Assembly: GCA_903856085.1 (NCBI GenBank)
Contig: CAIOAT010000028.1
Coordinates: 2,676 to 66,675 of the forward strand
Direction of reading: 5' to 3'
DNA length: 64,000 bases
From: Candidatus Omnitrophota bacterium
GTDB lineage: Bacteria; Omnitrophota; Omnitrophia; Omnitrophales; Aquincolibacteriaceae
The notes beneath the pieces were generated by a model. It was not told the origin of the DNA. It worked only from the letters and a program-made list of their open reading frames with translations, and made no database searches. Of this stretch, positions 1 to 9,338 are shown one piece after another (within the stretch, counting starts at the first letter, position 1; each line of letters starts with the position of its first letter). The position numbers and the translations under genes are program-made.

Positions 1-13
1 TTTTCTCAGGAAC

Positions 14-937
14 ATGCTTCAGCGGATCTTGGCCATAGATTTTCATTTCAAAGTTCAAAGGGCCCCTGTTTTCATGATCGTTCCTTCAAGCCAGCGGGAT
101 CTATTAACCAAGGTAAACAGAATTCTCGTGAACGAAACCCCCGAAGAGGTCGGGGCCTTCTTTCTCTACGACAAAAAGCGGCCCGAAGATTCGGTAAATC
201 CCGGACGGTTCATATCTTTGCTTGGTTCCGACGGGATCGTTTGGATTCCCGGCACCAAACGGCAGATACATCTTTTTGCGGTGTTGAGAGCGGATGAGGA
301 GCGTCCTTTGAGCAATCCCATGGTGTTTCGTTTGAGAAAGGCTATTCGTGAGCGTTTCCCATCGAAGTTGATCAATGCTCCCAGGCCCCAGTGTCCCTTG
401 ATCTACCTTTTTCATCCCGAGGACATGGGTTCTTATGAAAATGTCTGTAAATGGATCGACGATTTAATGGAGCATTGTCTCTTTCGCATTTTCTTAAGAG
501 AAACTCATCCTTTCATCGAACCGTCAAAAACAAGCTTGATCTATGGCCCTGATATTTATCCGGCCGGCACTTATGAGAAAATGCGGCTGTATGCTCGCAA
601 GCGGAACGGGAGAAAAAGAGACAGGAAATACATCTTTTGGGATGATCGGGAAACTTCAATGCGACTGAAATCGCTGGAACTGTTTGCTTCCGGAATCCCG
701 GTGAGCCAGACAGGATTTGCGTTTTATAAAAATGCCGCCAGTCAGAGGTACCATCATGTCTGGTTCTATCCCGCGCGGCAAAGCCTCGGCGATCTTCCTT
801 ACAAGCCACCGCACAGCTCATTTCTGAACGCTCCGGACAATTCTAAGGTGAAGACCGTTTTAAAAGAGCCCGTTAAACCCAAAGACTCGCTTGCCGAGCT
901 GATGGATGATCTGAGACCGGGGAAGAAGAATCCGTGA
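14..937 (+). CDS. hypothetical protein, no recognisable domain
   Basis: 307-aa ORF with an AGGA motif just before the ATG at 14. I recognise no conserved motif. It lies next to the AbiE module. Confidence 0.4.
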   Translation: MLQRILAIDFHFKVQRAPVFMIVPSSQRDLLTKVNRILVNETPEEVGAFFLYDKKRPEDSVNPGRFISLLGSDGIVWIPGTKRQIHLFAVLRADEERPLSNPMVFRLRKAIRERFPSKLINAPRPQCPLIYLFHPEDMGSYENVCKWIDDLMEHCLFRIFLRETHPFIEPSKTSLIYGPDIYPAGTYEKMRLYARKRNGRKRDRKYIFWDDRETSMRLKSLELFASGIPVSQTGFAFYKNAASQRYHHVWFYPARQSLGDLPYKPPHSSFLNAPDNSKVKTVLKEPVKPKDSLAELMDDLRPGKKNP

Positions 938-1103
938 GGAACCGGCAAGCCCACAATAGATCGGCAAAGATCGATTGACAAAGGATATGTTGAATTTGCG
1001 TGACCGCGTTCTAAGGGCCACGGCTGGCGTTTTGCAGCACGATCCTCGTTTATTCAGGGACTGAAGTCGAAAGAACCGGCTCAGCCGTACCTGTTTGAAT
1101 GCG

Positions 1104-1166
1104 AATCGGACAGTAAATCGGACAACAGTAAATCGGATAGTAATCGGATAGTAAATCGGATAGTAG
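1104..1166. repeat. tandem direct repeats, about 5 copies of an 11-14 bp unit (A)ATCGGA(C/T)A(ACA)GTA
   Basis: Read directly: gaatcggacagta / aatcggacaacagta / aatcggatagta / atcggatagta / aatcggatagtag. Confidence 0.7.
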
Positions 1167-1173
1167 AATATCT

Positions 1174-1200
1174 ATAACCGGCTCTCATTAAACCGGTTAT
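1174..1200. repeat. inverted repeat ATAACCGG-N11-CCGGTTAT
   Basis: Perfect 8-bp arms seen directly, immediately 3' of the tandem repeats. Confidence 0.6.
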
Positions 1201-1317
1201 GGCTTATTGCTAAGAATGGGTTCTCTTTTCAAAATCCGGCTTGTGCCGTTTTAATTTTGATTTTATCGGTTAACGGTACTGCGCCTAAAGCAGATCGAAA
1301 TTGCAAAATCCACCATT

Positions 1318-2157
1318 TCAATCTTGAGGCAGTGCTTGTCTGAGCTCCCGTTTTACGGATCGATAAACTTGGTCAAATTCCGGGAGTATCGCGACTTGAG
1401 TTGAAAGGCGCTCGCTCCAAAGTTTTTTGAGGCGCGCTTCTTTTCGAGAAAATTCTTCTCCCACAGTGTCCGAACTTCTGTTGCGGAATGTCAATTTTTC
1501 ACCGATGGCGCCGACGATTTCTGTGATGTCGACATAGTGGTTTGAGGTTAGGTGCCATAAGTCGTAAAGATCGCGCGGTTCATTCCGCGCCCGGTCCGAG
1601 AGAGCAACAACCTTTTCAGAGGCTATTTCTTCGAGAGAGTACACCAGCACCTTGGAATCCTTTGGGATATCCTCATACTGTGCGTATTCTGCGAGTACCG
1701 GTTTCTCTTGCGGCGGAAATACGATCCGTTCACGGATCGTGATGTCTACTTTGACTTCTTTGGGAGCTATGGCCGGCAAAGGGCCTTCGTAGCCCAGGAA
1801 AAAGGTATGACTGTTTTGATGGGCGTGCCGGTCAAGACGGCTGAAATTGAATTTAATACCCGATTGCTGTTCGATTTTATAGAACACTTCGCCGAGACCT
1901 TCCTGGACCCTCTCGAATGGGACCTCTTTTAGAAAAGTGAAATCAAGATCTTCGGAAAAACGGTAATCAGCGATATGACATTTCTTGATCGCGGTACCGC
2001 CTTTAAATAGCAGGATCTCCCGCAGACTGCTTTGCGATAAGCCCACGAGAAACCAGGAAAGGCAATAATCGCGTTCGAGCACAGCTTCCGGGATTCGGCG
2101 TCCGCCTTTGCGGGCGAGTTCATTGGAGAGTAATGAGAGATTGCGTTGGGGGATCAC
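1318..2157 (-). CDS. abiEii: nucleotidyltransferase toxin, AbiEii/AbiGii (DUF1814) family, type IV TA system
   Basis: The N-terminal LLFKGGTAIKK...YRFSEDLDF matches the GG and [DE]h[DE]h NTase motifs of AbiEii. Length is 279 aa. It sits 3 nt downstream of the AbiEi-like gene on the same strand. Confidence 0.75.
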   Translation of the reverse strand: MIPQRNLSLLSNELARKGGRRIPEAVLERDYCLSWFLVGLSQSSLREILLFKGGTAIKKCHIADYRFSEDLDFTFLKEVPFERVQEGLGEVFYKIEQQSGIKFNFSRLDRHAHQNSHTFFLGYEGPLPAIAPKEVKVDITIRERIVFPPQEKPVLAEYAQYEDIPKDSKVLVYSLEEIASEKVVALSDRARNEPRDLYDLWHLTSNHYVDITEIVGAIGEKLTFRNRSSDTVGEEFSRKEARLKKLWSERLSTQVAILPEFDQVYRSVKRELRQALPQD

Positions 2158-2160
2158 GGG

Positions 2161-3027
2161 TTAGGTCCTCACGACGGCTAAAAGCTCTTCCGGGGATACA
2201 TTGAGCTGCAATCTCCAGCGGCTCAGGAATTTTCCTTCGGTAGGCAAGCGTGGATCTAAACGCATATAAGTCTCCGTAAGCGAGTGACGAAGCGCGGCTA
2301 TGTTTTGAGCGGTTCCGATCTTGTAAAGTTCCATTAAATATCCTAATCTGCGGATCACGGCCCCGATCCCTGTTTTTTTCGCGTATTCTATTAAACGGTC
2401 GGGGTTCATGTCTTGGCGCCTCATCCAAAGACCTTTTGCGACCTCGGTCAAACCTCCGCAATATTCAGGCTGCCTTAGGCCGTCAATCACCGTTTTCTCA
2501 AGGTTACTCACTTTTACCTGCATCTCTTTGGTAGCCCAATGATCAGTGACGCCAAAAAAGTATTTCTTGGGCGTGTGAATGAACTGGAACTCAGCGCCGA
2601 GCACATGAACAGGGCGCCGGGGCTTGAGTACCGAAGCGTAAACAAGTAACTGGGGCTGTGTCAGCATTTGATGGATTTGCATCGCGCTGCCATGAGAAAA
2701 ATAATATCCCTTGCCGCCGGCAATCTCACGTGCGGCGATCAGGGGTTCTCCCAAATACTCGCGTTCTTTGCCCAACTCAAAGGGGACCAGGATAAAGATT
2801 CCAGGTTTCAGTCTTGATGCAACCCCCCTGTTGACGAGCTTTCTGACGAAGTTTGTGGCGGAAGGTTTTCCAACGGCCAGGATCTTTTGCACATCTTTTA
2901 ACCTGAAGATCGGATGCTTCCCTTCGTAGAGAGCCGCGATCAGGGAAGCCGCCTTGGAGCCTAGCGTTTTTTGAATGTTATGTTTTAACGTCATAATGTG
3001 TCTCCGTGGGACATATTCTGCATTCAA
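2161..3027 (-). CDS. abiEi: AbiEi-like antitoxin / transcriptional regulator (COG5340-like)
   Basis: 288 aa with a TTG start at 3027, or an ATG 33 nt inside. Size and position immediately upstream of the AbiEii toxin support the call. This assignment rests on context and general resemblance. Confidence 0.6.
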   Translation of the reverse strand: MNAEYVPRRHIMTLKHNIQKTLGSKAASLIAALYEGKHPIFRLKDVQKILAVGKPSATNFVRKLVNRGVASRLKPGIFILVPFELGKEREYLGEPLIAAREIAGGKGYYFSHGSAMQIHQMLTQPQLLVYASVLKPRRPVHVLGAEFQFIHTPKKYFFGVTDHWATKEMQVKVSNLEKTVIDGLRQPEYCGGLTEVAKGLWMRRQDMNPDRLIEYAKKTGIGAVIRRLGYLMELYKIGTAQNIAALRHSLTETYMRLDPRLPTEGKFLSRWRLQLNVSPEELLAVVRT

Positions 3028-3042
3028 AGTATAATAATGTCA

Positions 3043-3072
3043 AGCCCCGCTATAGCGCAATAGGGCTTTTTC
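3043..3072 (+). promoter_or_regulatory. nested palindrome AGCCC-CGCTATAGCG-caata-GGGCT followed by T5; candidate abiEi operator or plus-strand terminator
   Basis: Seen in sequence about 20 bp upstream of the abiEi start. Confidence 0.3.
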
Positions 3073-3445
3073 GGTCGGAGTCCCCAGGTGAAGCTCGCTT
3101 TTTGGCCTTCCTATTATAAGAGCTCTTGTCTCTACACCTTTCCACTACACCGCCAGCGCGGTTTCTTGAAATTTAAAATCGTTCTCGCTTTCCGTGCTTT
3201 TTTTGGTAAAATTCATCCCTCCATGGGACCAGGATAAGGCGCCCGGACGGCCCTTGGTCTGTATTTGATGGGATTGTAGATGCGTCTTGTAACGGTTGAT
3301 TCATCTATGACTTTTTTGATTTTCCATTCTCCCTTGGCCACTCGGTAAAGTAGAATCGGGATTTCAATAGGGAAAGTAGGTCGTCTGTGAGTGGCGTTCG
3401 GGCAGTTGTTCCTCTGAGCAACTACTATGCCGTGGAAGTCTCAAG

Positions 3446-4411
3446 ATGACTCTGTCGCGTTGCAGCCGTGAGAAAAGACGAGAAAGAAAATCGAATGTCA
3501 TGAAAAACGGATTACGGGATAAAACCAAGGAAATGATCGCGGCGTACGGGTTCCTCATGCCGAACCTCATCGGGTTCCTTTTGTTTACATCGATTCCGGT
3601 GCTGGCGTCACTTTGGTTGAGTTTTGTGAAGTGGGACCTTTTGTCTGATGGCCCGCAATTTGCGGGGCTGAAAAACTTTATCGAGTTGGCGAAAGATCCT
3701 TTCTTCGGGAAGTATTGTTGGAACACACTTGTTTTGATGGCGGCCATTCCGATCAGCATGGCGGGGTCGCTCCTCTTGGCAATCGCTCTCAACCAAAAGC
3801 TTCGTGGGACGGTCATTTTTAGGACGCTTTATTTTCTCCCGACGATCTGCTCGGGTGTTGCGATCTTTATGCTCTGGAGGTTGATCTATAATCCGAATTT
3901 CGGGCTCTTGAATTCGATGACGACTCAATTCGGGGATATGCTGGGGCTTCGGTTGATTGGGCCGAATTGGTTGACGGATGAAGCCTGGGCGAAGCCGGCT
4001 TTTATCATCATGAGCGTGTGGCAATCGATCGGTGGCTACAACATGATCCTTTATCTCGCAGCTCTGCAGGGAGTGCCGCGGGATCTTTATGATGCGGCCG
4101 AAGTGGATGGCGCCAACAGTTGGCAGAAGTTTTGGAATGTTACCTGGCCGCAGATTTCGCCGACAACTTTCTTCATCGCGACGATGAGCCTGATCGGCGG
4201 GTTTCAGGCGGGCTTTGATCAGGCGTACATCATGACGGGCGGCGGGCCCAACGGATCCACCACCACGATCATTTATTATATTTTCAATAACGCATTCGAA
4301 TGGTACCGCATGGGATACGCGGCGGCTATTTCATGGGTTCTGTTCTTGATCATCTTTGCGGTTACGGTTGTGAAGTGGCGTTTCTTCGGCAAGATTGTTC
4401 ACTATACTTAA
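3446..4411 (+). CDS. ABC transporter permease, carbohydrate type (MalF/UgpA family)
   Basis: Multi-TM protein with an EAA-loop-like YDAAEVDGANSWQKFWNVTWPQISP. The probable true start is the ATG at 3497 (MKNGLRDK...). Confidence 0.8.
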   Translation: MTLSRCSREKRRERKSNVMKNGLRDKTKEMIAAYGFLMPNLIGFLLFTSIPVLASLWLSFVKWDLLSDGPQFAGLKNFIELAKDPFFGKYCWNTLVLMAAIPISMAGSLLLAIALNQKLRGTVIFRTLYFLPTICSGVAIFMLWRLIYNPNFGLLNSMTTQFGDMLGLRLIGPNWLTDEAWAKPAFIIMSVWQSIGGYNMILYLAALQGVPRDLYDAAEVDGANSWQKFWNVTWPQISPTTFFIATMSLIGGFQAGFDQAYIMTGGGPNGSTTTIIYYIFNNAFEWYRMGYAAAISWVLFLIIFAVTVVKWRFFGKIVHYT

Positions 4412-4420
4412 GCGAGAGCT

Positions 4421-5377
4421 ATGGGCAATCACATTGATTCATTGATTCAAGAGGAAATGAGGCAGGAGATGGCTGCGTCTGTCTCCCGTTCAAAAAGGAA
4501 AAAAACGGTAAAGGTGGTGACCGAGCTCAAGGAAAAGTCGCCCCTGAAGCGGAGCTTGCAGCGGGCGGTGCTTTTCGCGGCTTTGTTCGTGGGCGCGGTG
4601 AGCATGACCGCGCCGTTTCTGTGGATGGTCTCGACCTCGCTTGCTGAAGCCGGACAGGTTTTTGCGGAGGGTCGTTCGTGGTGGCAGGAATGGCTTCCCA
4701 TGAGTTTTGTCTGGCAGAATTATGTGAAAGTCTGGGCCGTGGTTCCGTTCGCGCAGTTCTATCTGAATTCCATTTTCGTGAGTCTTTGCATCACATTCGG
4801 GCAGGTTGCCACAAGCGCGATGGCCGCGTACGCGTTTGCGCGTCTGAATTTTCCAGGTCGCGACAGGATTTTCTTTGGTTATCTTGCGACGATGATGATC
4901 CCGGGTGCGGTGACCATGATCCCGGTGTTTATTCTGCTGCGGCATTTTGGATGGATCGATACGTATAAGGCCCTGATTCTTCCGGGTATTTTTACAGCTT
5001 ACGGGACGTTCATGTTGCGGCAGTTTTTTTTGACATTGCCTAAGGATCTTGAAGATGCCGCGAAGATCGATGGGTGTTCGTATGTCCGGATCTTCTGGCA
5101 CATCATTCTGCCGCTTTCAAAGCCTGCGCTCGCGACTTTGACAACTTTTACGTTCATGGGATCGTGGATGAATCTGATGTGGCCTTTGATCGTGGTGAAT
5201 ACCCATACGAAATATACGCTGCCGGTTGGGTTGGCTTATTTTCAGGGAGTGCACGGCACGGACTGGACGCTCCTTATGGCGGCATCGATGATGATGATCC
5301 TGCCGATCTTGATCGTCTTTTTATTCAATCAGCGATTTTTCGTCGAAGGCATTAAGTTGACCGGGATCAAGGGCTAA
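4421..5377 (+). CDS. ABC transporter permease, carbohydrate type (MalG/UgpE family)
   Basis: Multi-TM protein with EAA loop EDAAKIDGCSYVRIFWHIILPLSKP. It lies 10 nt after the previous permease. Confidence 0.8.
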   Translation: MGNHIDSLIQEEMRQEMAASVSRSKRKKTVKVVTELKEKSPLKRSLQRAVLFAALFVGAVSMTAPFLWMVSTSLAEAGQVFAEGRSWWQEWLPMSFVWQNYVKVWAVVPFAQFYLNSIFVSLCITFGQVATSAMAAYAFARLNFPGRDRIFFGYLATMMIPGAVTMIPVFILLRHFGWIDTYKALILPGIFTAYGTFMLRQFFLTLPKDLEDAAKIDGCSYVRIFWHIILPLSKPALATLTTFTFMGSWMNLMWPLIVVNTHTKYTLPVGLAYFQGVHGTDWTLLMAASMMMILPILIVFLFNQRFFVEGIKLTGIKG

Positions 5378-5381
5378 CTTT

Positions 5382-6632
5382 ATGGAAGCTATTGTTCTCG
5401 CAGCCGGAAAAGGAACGCGGATGTGTTCTGAACTGCCGAAGGTCCTCCATCCAGTGTTTGGGAAACCGGTGCTCGGGTATGTGCTGGATTCATTGGCCGG
5501 AGCCGGAGTCAAGAATCCTTATGTGGTGGTGGGCTATAAGGCCGAAGCCGTGCGCTCTTTTTCGAAATCATACGGTGCAGTCCCGGTGCTTCAGCGCGAA
5601 CAAAAAGGGACCGGTCATGCGGTGATGATGGCCCAGGCGGCGCTCAAGAACGCGCAAGGTCCCGTGCTGATCTGGCCGGGCGATATGCCTCTCGTGAAGC
5701 CGGAGACGCTCAGGGAATTTTGTGCGGCGCATAAAAAGTCACGGGCGCATGTCAGCGTGTTATCCTGTGACCAGGAGGATCCGTCCGGATATGGAAGGAT
5801 CGTGCGCGAAGAGAATCATTTTGCGGCGATCCGGGAAGAACTGGATGCCACGCCGGAGGAACGCGCGATCCGGGAAGTGAATACCGGCATTTATCTTTTT
5901 GATAAAAAAGTTTTATTTGAGGCTCTGTCGAGGATCGGGCGGGATAATCAAAAGGGCGAATATTATTTGACGGACACCATTGAGATCCTCCGGCGCGGGG
6001 GTTATTGCGTGGAGGCATTTCTTTTGGCGAGCGCGGAAGAAGGGCAAGGGATTAATTCCCAGAAAGATCTGGCCACCGTGACGAAAAAAATAAACGAGCG
6101 GGAGATCGCGAGACATCAGGATAAGGGCGTGACATTCATGGCGCCGGAGCAGACTTTTGTGGCTCCGGGTGTGAAGATCGGCAAAGGGACCACGATCTAT
6201 CCGTGGTGTTTTATTAAAAGCGGTGTGGAGATCGGTGCGAATTGTGAGATCGGACCGTTTGCGAAGCTTCGCCGCGGAACTGTGATCGGCGACGGCTCGG
6301 TGATCGGTAGTTTTGTGGAAGTGAACCGGAGCCGTCTTGGGAAAAATGTTTCGGCGAAGCATTTGACTTATTTGGGGGACGCGGTGATCGGCGACGGCGC
6401 GAATATCGGGGCCGGGACCATTACGGCGAATTTTGACGGAAAGAAAAAGCAGCAAACCATGATTGGAAAGAACGTAAGGGTTGGTTCCAACACGGTCTTC
6501 GTGGCACCCGTTCGTATTCCGGACGGGGCGAGGACTGGAGCGGGGGCGGTGGTGATCCCGAAAATAAAAATTAAAAAAGGTGATGTGGTTGTCGGTGTTC
6601 CGGCCCGGCCCATCCCAAAGAAGAAAAGGTAG
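5382..6632 (+). CDS. glmU: bifunctional UDP-GlcNAc pyrophosphorylase / GlcN-1-P N-acetyltransferase (GlmU-like)
   Basis: N-terminal LAAGKGTRM nucleotidyltransferase motif and LIWPGDMPL. The C-terminal half is hexapeptide left-handed beta-helix repeats. Conserved glmU-prs-ctc-pth gene order. Confidence 0.75.
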   Translation: MEAIVLAAGKGTRMCSELPKVLHPVFGKPVLGYVLDSLAGAGVKNPYVVVGYKAEAVRSFSKSYGAVPVLQREQKGTGHAVMMAQAALKNAQGPVLIWPGDMPLVKPETLREFCAAHKKSRAHVSVLSCDQEDPSGYGRIVREENHFAAIREELDATPEERAIREVNTGIYLFDKKVLFEALSRIGRDNQKGEYYLTDTIEILRRGGYCVEAFLLASAEEGQGINSQKDLATVTKKINEREIARHQDKGVTFMAPEQTFVAPGVKIGKGTTIYPWCFIKSGVEIGANCEIGPFAKLRRGTVIGDGSVIGSFVEVNRSRLGKNVSAKHLTYLGDAVIGDGANIGAGTITANFDGKKKQQTMIGKNVRVGSNTVFVAPVRIPDGARTGAGAVVIPKIKIKKGDVVVGVPARPIPKKKR

Positions 6633-6641
6633 GGTGTTCTT

Positions 6642-7619
6642 ATGACGAAGATCCAGAAGAAACAGAATGGAGATATGGTTCTTTTAGCGGGGAGCTCTCA
6701 TCCGGAGCTCGCTAAGGAGATCGCAAAGCATCTCGGTATTCCGCTCGGCGATGTGATGCTCGGCCGTTTTCCAGAAGGAGAAATTCAGCTTCAGATCCGT
6801 GATAATATCCGGGGTAAGGATGTGTTTATTGTTCAGCCGACCTGCACGCCGCCCAACGAGAGCCTGATGGAACTTTTGATCCTGATCGATGCCGCGCGCC
6901 GCGCTTCGGCCAAGCGGATCACGGCGGTGCTGCCGTTCTTTGGTTATGCCCGTCAGGACCGCAAAGATAAACCGCGTGTTCCAATCACTGCAAAGCTGGT
7001 GGCGAACTTGATCGTGAGCGCTGGCGCGAGCCGTGTGCTTACAATGGATCTTCACGCGGGGCAGATTCAAGGATTTTTTGATATTCCGGTCGATCATCTC
7101 TATTCGATCAATGTTCTTGGAAGTTATTTCAAGAGGAAGAAGGTCAAGGATCTTGTGGTCGTTTCGCCTGATGTGGGTGGAATCAAGATGGCTCGGGGAT
7201 ATGCCAAGCTTTTTGATTGTGATTTCGCGATCGTGGACAAGCGCCGTGAGAGCGCGTCCCAGACTCATGTGATGCACATCATCGGTTCCGTGGCTGGGAA
7301 GAATGTTATCATTATCGACGACATGATCTCGACGGGCGGTTCGCTTGTGGAAGCCGCCAAGGCACTGAAGAACGCGGGAGCATTGGACATCTATGCTAAC
7401 ATTGTGCATCCTGTCTTGGCCGGAAGTGCTGTGGAGAGGATCCAAAAGTCTGTTATCAAGGAACTTATCGTGACGAACAGTATTCCTCTCGGTAAGGAAA
7501 AACGGATCAAAAAGATCACGCAGCTTTCGATCGCTTCATTGCTCGCGGATGCGATCTACCGGATCCATTATAATGAATCAATCAGCACACTTTTTTCAAG
7601 CGCAGGTGTTGAAGCATAA
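6642..7619 (+). CDS. prs: ribose-phosphate pyrophosphokinase
   Basis: AVLPFFGYARQDRK and the PRPP-binding IIDDMISTGGS motif. Confidence 0.9.
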   Translation: MTKIQKKQNGDMVLLAGSSHPELAKEIAKHLGIPLGDVMLGRFPEGEIQLQIRDNIRGKDVFIVQPTCTPPNESLMELLILIDAARRASAKRITAVLPFFGYARQDRKDKPRVPITAKLVANLIVSAGASRVLTMDLHAGQIQGFFDIPVDHLYSINVLGSYFKRKKVKDLVVVSPDVGGIKMARGYAKLFDCDFAIVDKRRESASQTHVMHIIGSVAGKNVIIIDDMISTGGSLVEAAKALKNAGALDIYANIVHPVLAGSAVERIQKSVIKELIVTNSIPLGKEKRIKKITQLSIASLLADAIYRIHYNESISTLFSSAGVEA

Positions 7620-7678
7620 ACCGAACAAGAGGGAAGTCACTTCCGTCTTAATCACAGGACATCAAGGAGGAATTTTCA

Positions 7679-8422
7679 ATGCAAACTTTTGAACTGCAAG
7701 CTAAAGCACGTATTCCGCACGGGACTCGCAAGGCACGCGGGGTCCGTCGCAACGAAATGTTCCCAGCCGTGGTTTACGGGCATGGGATGAAACCGCTCGC
7801 CATCGAAGTGCCGGACAGGGCATTTCTCAAGGCGATCCACACCAAGGCCGGCGCAAACGTCCTGATCACACTCCAAATCGAAGGGGTGCAGCTGAAGGAA
7901 TCGACGTGTCGCGTTAAGGCTATCCAGAACAATCCCATTACGGATAAGATCGATCATATCGATTTCATGGTCATCTCGCTGACCGAAAAGATCACGGTCA
8001 AGGTTCCGGTGGTCCTTCTTCATATTGAAGAAGCGCCTGGCATCAAGGAAGGCGGATCGCTCGATCTGGTGCATCGCGAAATCGAAGTAGAATGCTTACC
8101 CACGCAGATCCCGGAAAAGATCGAGATCGAAACGAAGGCCATGAAAATCAACGATGCGGTTCATGTGAAGGACCTGACGCTTCCTCAGGGGATCGTATGC
8201 TTGCTTTCCCCGGAAGACGTGGTTCTTGCGATTCATCCTCCTCGTGAGGAGGAAGTGAAGCCCGCTGAAGAGGGCGTTGCTGAGCCCGAGGTTATGGAAA
8301 AGGGCAAGAAAGATAAGGAAGGCGAAGAAGGTGCTCCCGCGAAGGCCGCGCCTGCCGGAGCCAAACCCGCCGCGCCTGTTGCAGGAAAACCTGCCGCAGC
8401 CCCAGGGAAAGACGGAAAGTAA
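7679..8422 (+). CDS. rplY: 50S ribosomal protein L25 / general stress protein Ctc, with Ala/Pro/Lys-rich C-terminal tail
   Basis: MQTFELQAKAR...PAVVYGHG N-terminus. About 50-aa low-complexity tail (EEGAPAKAAPAGAKPAAPVAGKPAAAPGKDGK). Strong SD AAGGAGG upstream. Confidence 0.85.
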   Translation: MQTFELQAKARIPHGTRKARGVRRNEMFPAVVYGHGMKPLAIEVPDRAFLKAIHTKAGANVLITLQIEGVQLKESTCRVKAIQNNPITDKIDHIDFMVISLTEKITVKVPVVLLHIEEAPGIKEGGSLDLVHREIEVECLPTQIPEKIEIETKAMKINDAVHVKDLTLPQGIVCLLSPEDVVLAIHPPREEEVKPAEEGVAEPEVMEKGKKDKEGEEGAPAKAAPAGAKPAAPVAGKPAAAPGKDGK

Positions 8423-8477
8423 GGACGGACCTCCCGGGATCCGCGGAAGCGTCCCCGGGAGGATTTTGAGGGCTCTG

Positions 8478-9080
8478 ATGAAACTCATCGTTGGGCTTGG
8501 AAATCCCGGAGACGGATACGCCCGTACGCGGCATAACATCGGTCGCCGGCTTATCGAGTTCATCGTTAGAACAGAGAAAGTAAAACTTGCTTCCAAGAAG
8601 TCCTTGCAGTCGGCCCTAGCTTCGGTTTCGTGGAGTGGAGAACCGCTACAGCTGGCGCATCCGCTGACTTACATGAACCTTTCAGGCGAAGCAATAGCAG
8701 CCCTGGTGAAGTATTGGAAAGTCGCGGCAGACAAAGATCTTCTGGTGGTGGTCGATGATGTCGCGTTGCCGTTCGGAAAATTCCGTTTGCGAGGTGAAGG
8801 AAGTTCGGGCGGGCATAATGGGCTTGCCTCGATAGAAGAACATCTCGGAAGCCGTGAATATCCGAGGCTTCGGATCGGGATCGGTTCCTGCGAAAACAAA
8901 ACGATCGCAGCATCCGCGGGGCCGGATGAGTCGCTTCGGGATTATGTGCTTGCCCCGTTCAATGTCGCAGAAGAGAAACAGATGAAAAAGCTTCTCGAAA
9001 AGGGGATGGAAGCGTGCCACTCATGGGTTGCGGAGCCTTTGGCGAGGGCGATGAGCCGAGTTAATGCTGTGGCCTTGTAA
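8478..9080 (+). CDS. pth: peptidyl-tRNA hydrolase
   Basis: MKLIVGLGNPGDGYARTRHNIGRR N-terminus. The ORF track's longer 8277 start overlaps ctc and I reject it in favour of the ATG at 8478. Confidence 0.9.
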   Translation: MKLIVGLGNPGDGYARTRHNIGRRLIEFIVRTEKVKLASKKSLQSALASVSWSGEPLQLAHPLTYMNLSGEAIAALVKYWKVAADKDLLVVVDDVALPFGKFRLRGEGSSGGHNGLASIEEHLGSREYPRLRIGIGSCENKTIAASAGPDESLRDYVLAPFNVAEEKQMKKLLEKGMEACHSWVAEPLARAMSRVNAVAL

Positions 9081-9129
9081 AGAGTTTCGCTCGTTGGAAC
9101 TTTTCTTGTTCAAGTCTTTATTTCTGTCT

Positions 9130-9176
9130 CCGGGGGGATGATTGGGGCTATTCCAATCGCCGGATATTTTTTTTAT
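9130..9176 (+). terminator. rho-independent terminator after pth
   Basis: CCGG-ggggat-GATTGG-ggctatt-CCAATC-g-CCGG hairpin followed by T8 (9167-9174). Confidence 0.5.
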
Positions 9177-9338
9177 TAAATGAGAATCAGGGTTGCCCAA
9201 GCACGGCATTTATGTTACATTGTCTCTTCTTTTAGCCTTTTCGAAGGCCTAAAAACTTCATAACTGCTTCTGTAGCTTCTGTTTATGAAACTTACGGAAA
9301 GAGTTATCATCTTCATCTAGACGCTGAGGGAGTGTGTA

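Noticed and set aside
1104-1200. Possible CRISPR array or tRNA-linked att site
   Set aside because: The repeats are only 11-14 bp and contiguous, with no spacers. There are no cas genes and no tRNA-like T-loop or acceptor sequences anywhere in the window. I call it a simple tandem repeat plus inverted repeat.
5091-5108. TGGCAC-N5-TCTGC inside the permease gene and TTGGCGCAATTCTGCT at 54223 as extra sigma-54 promoters
   Set aside because: The -12 element or the spacing is off by one, and both lie inside coding sequence. They are not counted.
8277-8477. 5'-extended starts offered by the ORF track (pth from 8277, amt from 22738 and 24674, glnK from 24095, msbA from 41062, nadC from 58879, hom from 49306)
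   Set aside because: The extensions overlap upstream genes, promoters or terminators. Internal ATG or GTG codons with good SD sequences give proteins whose N-termini match family norms. The track evidently also translates TTG and GTG as M.
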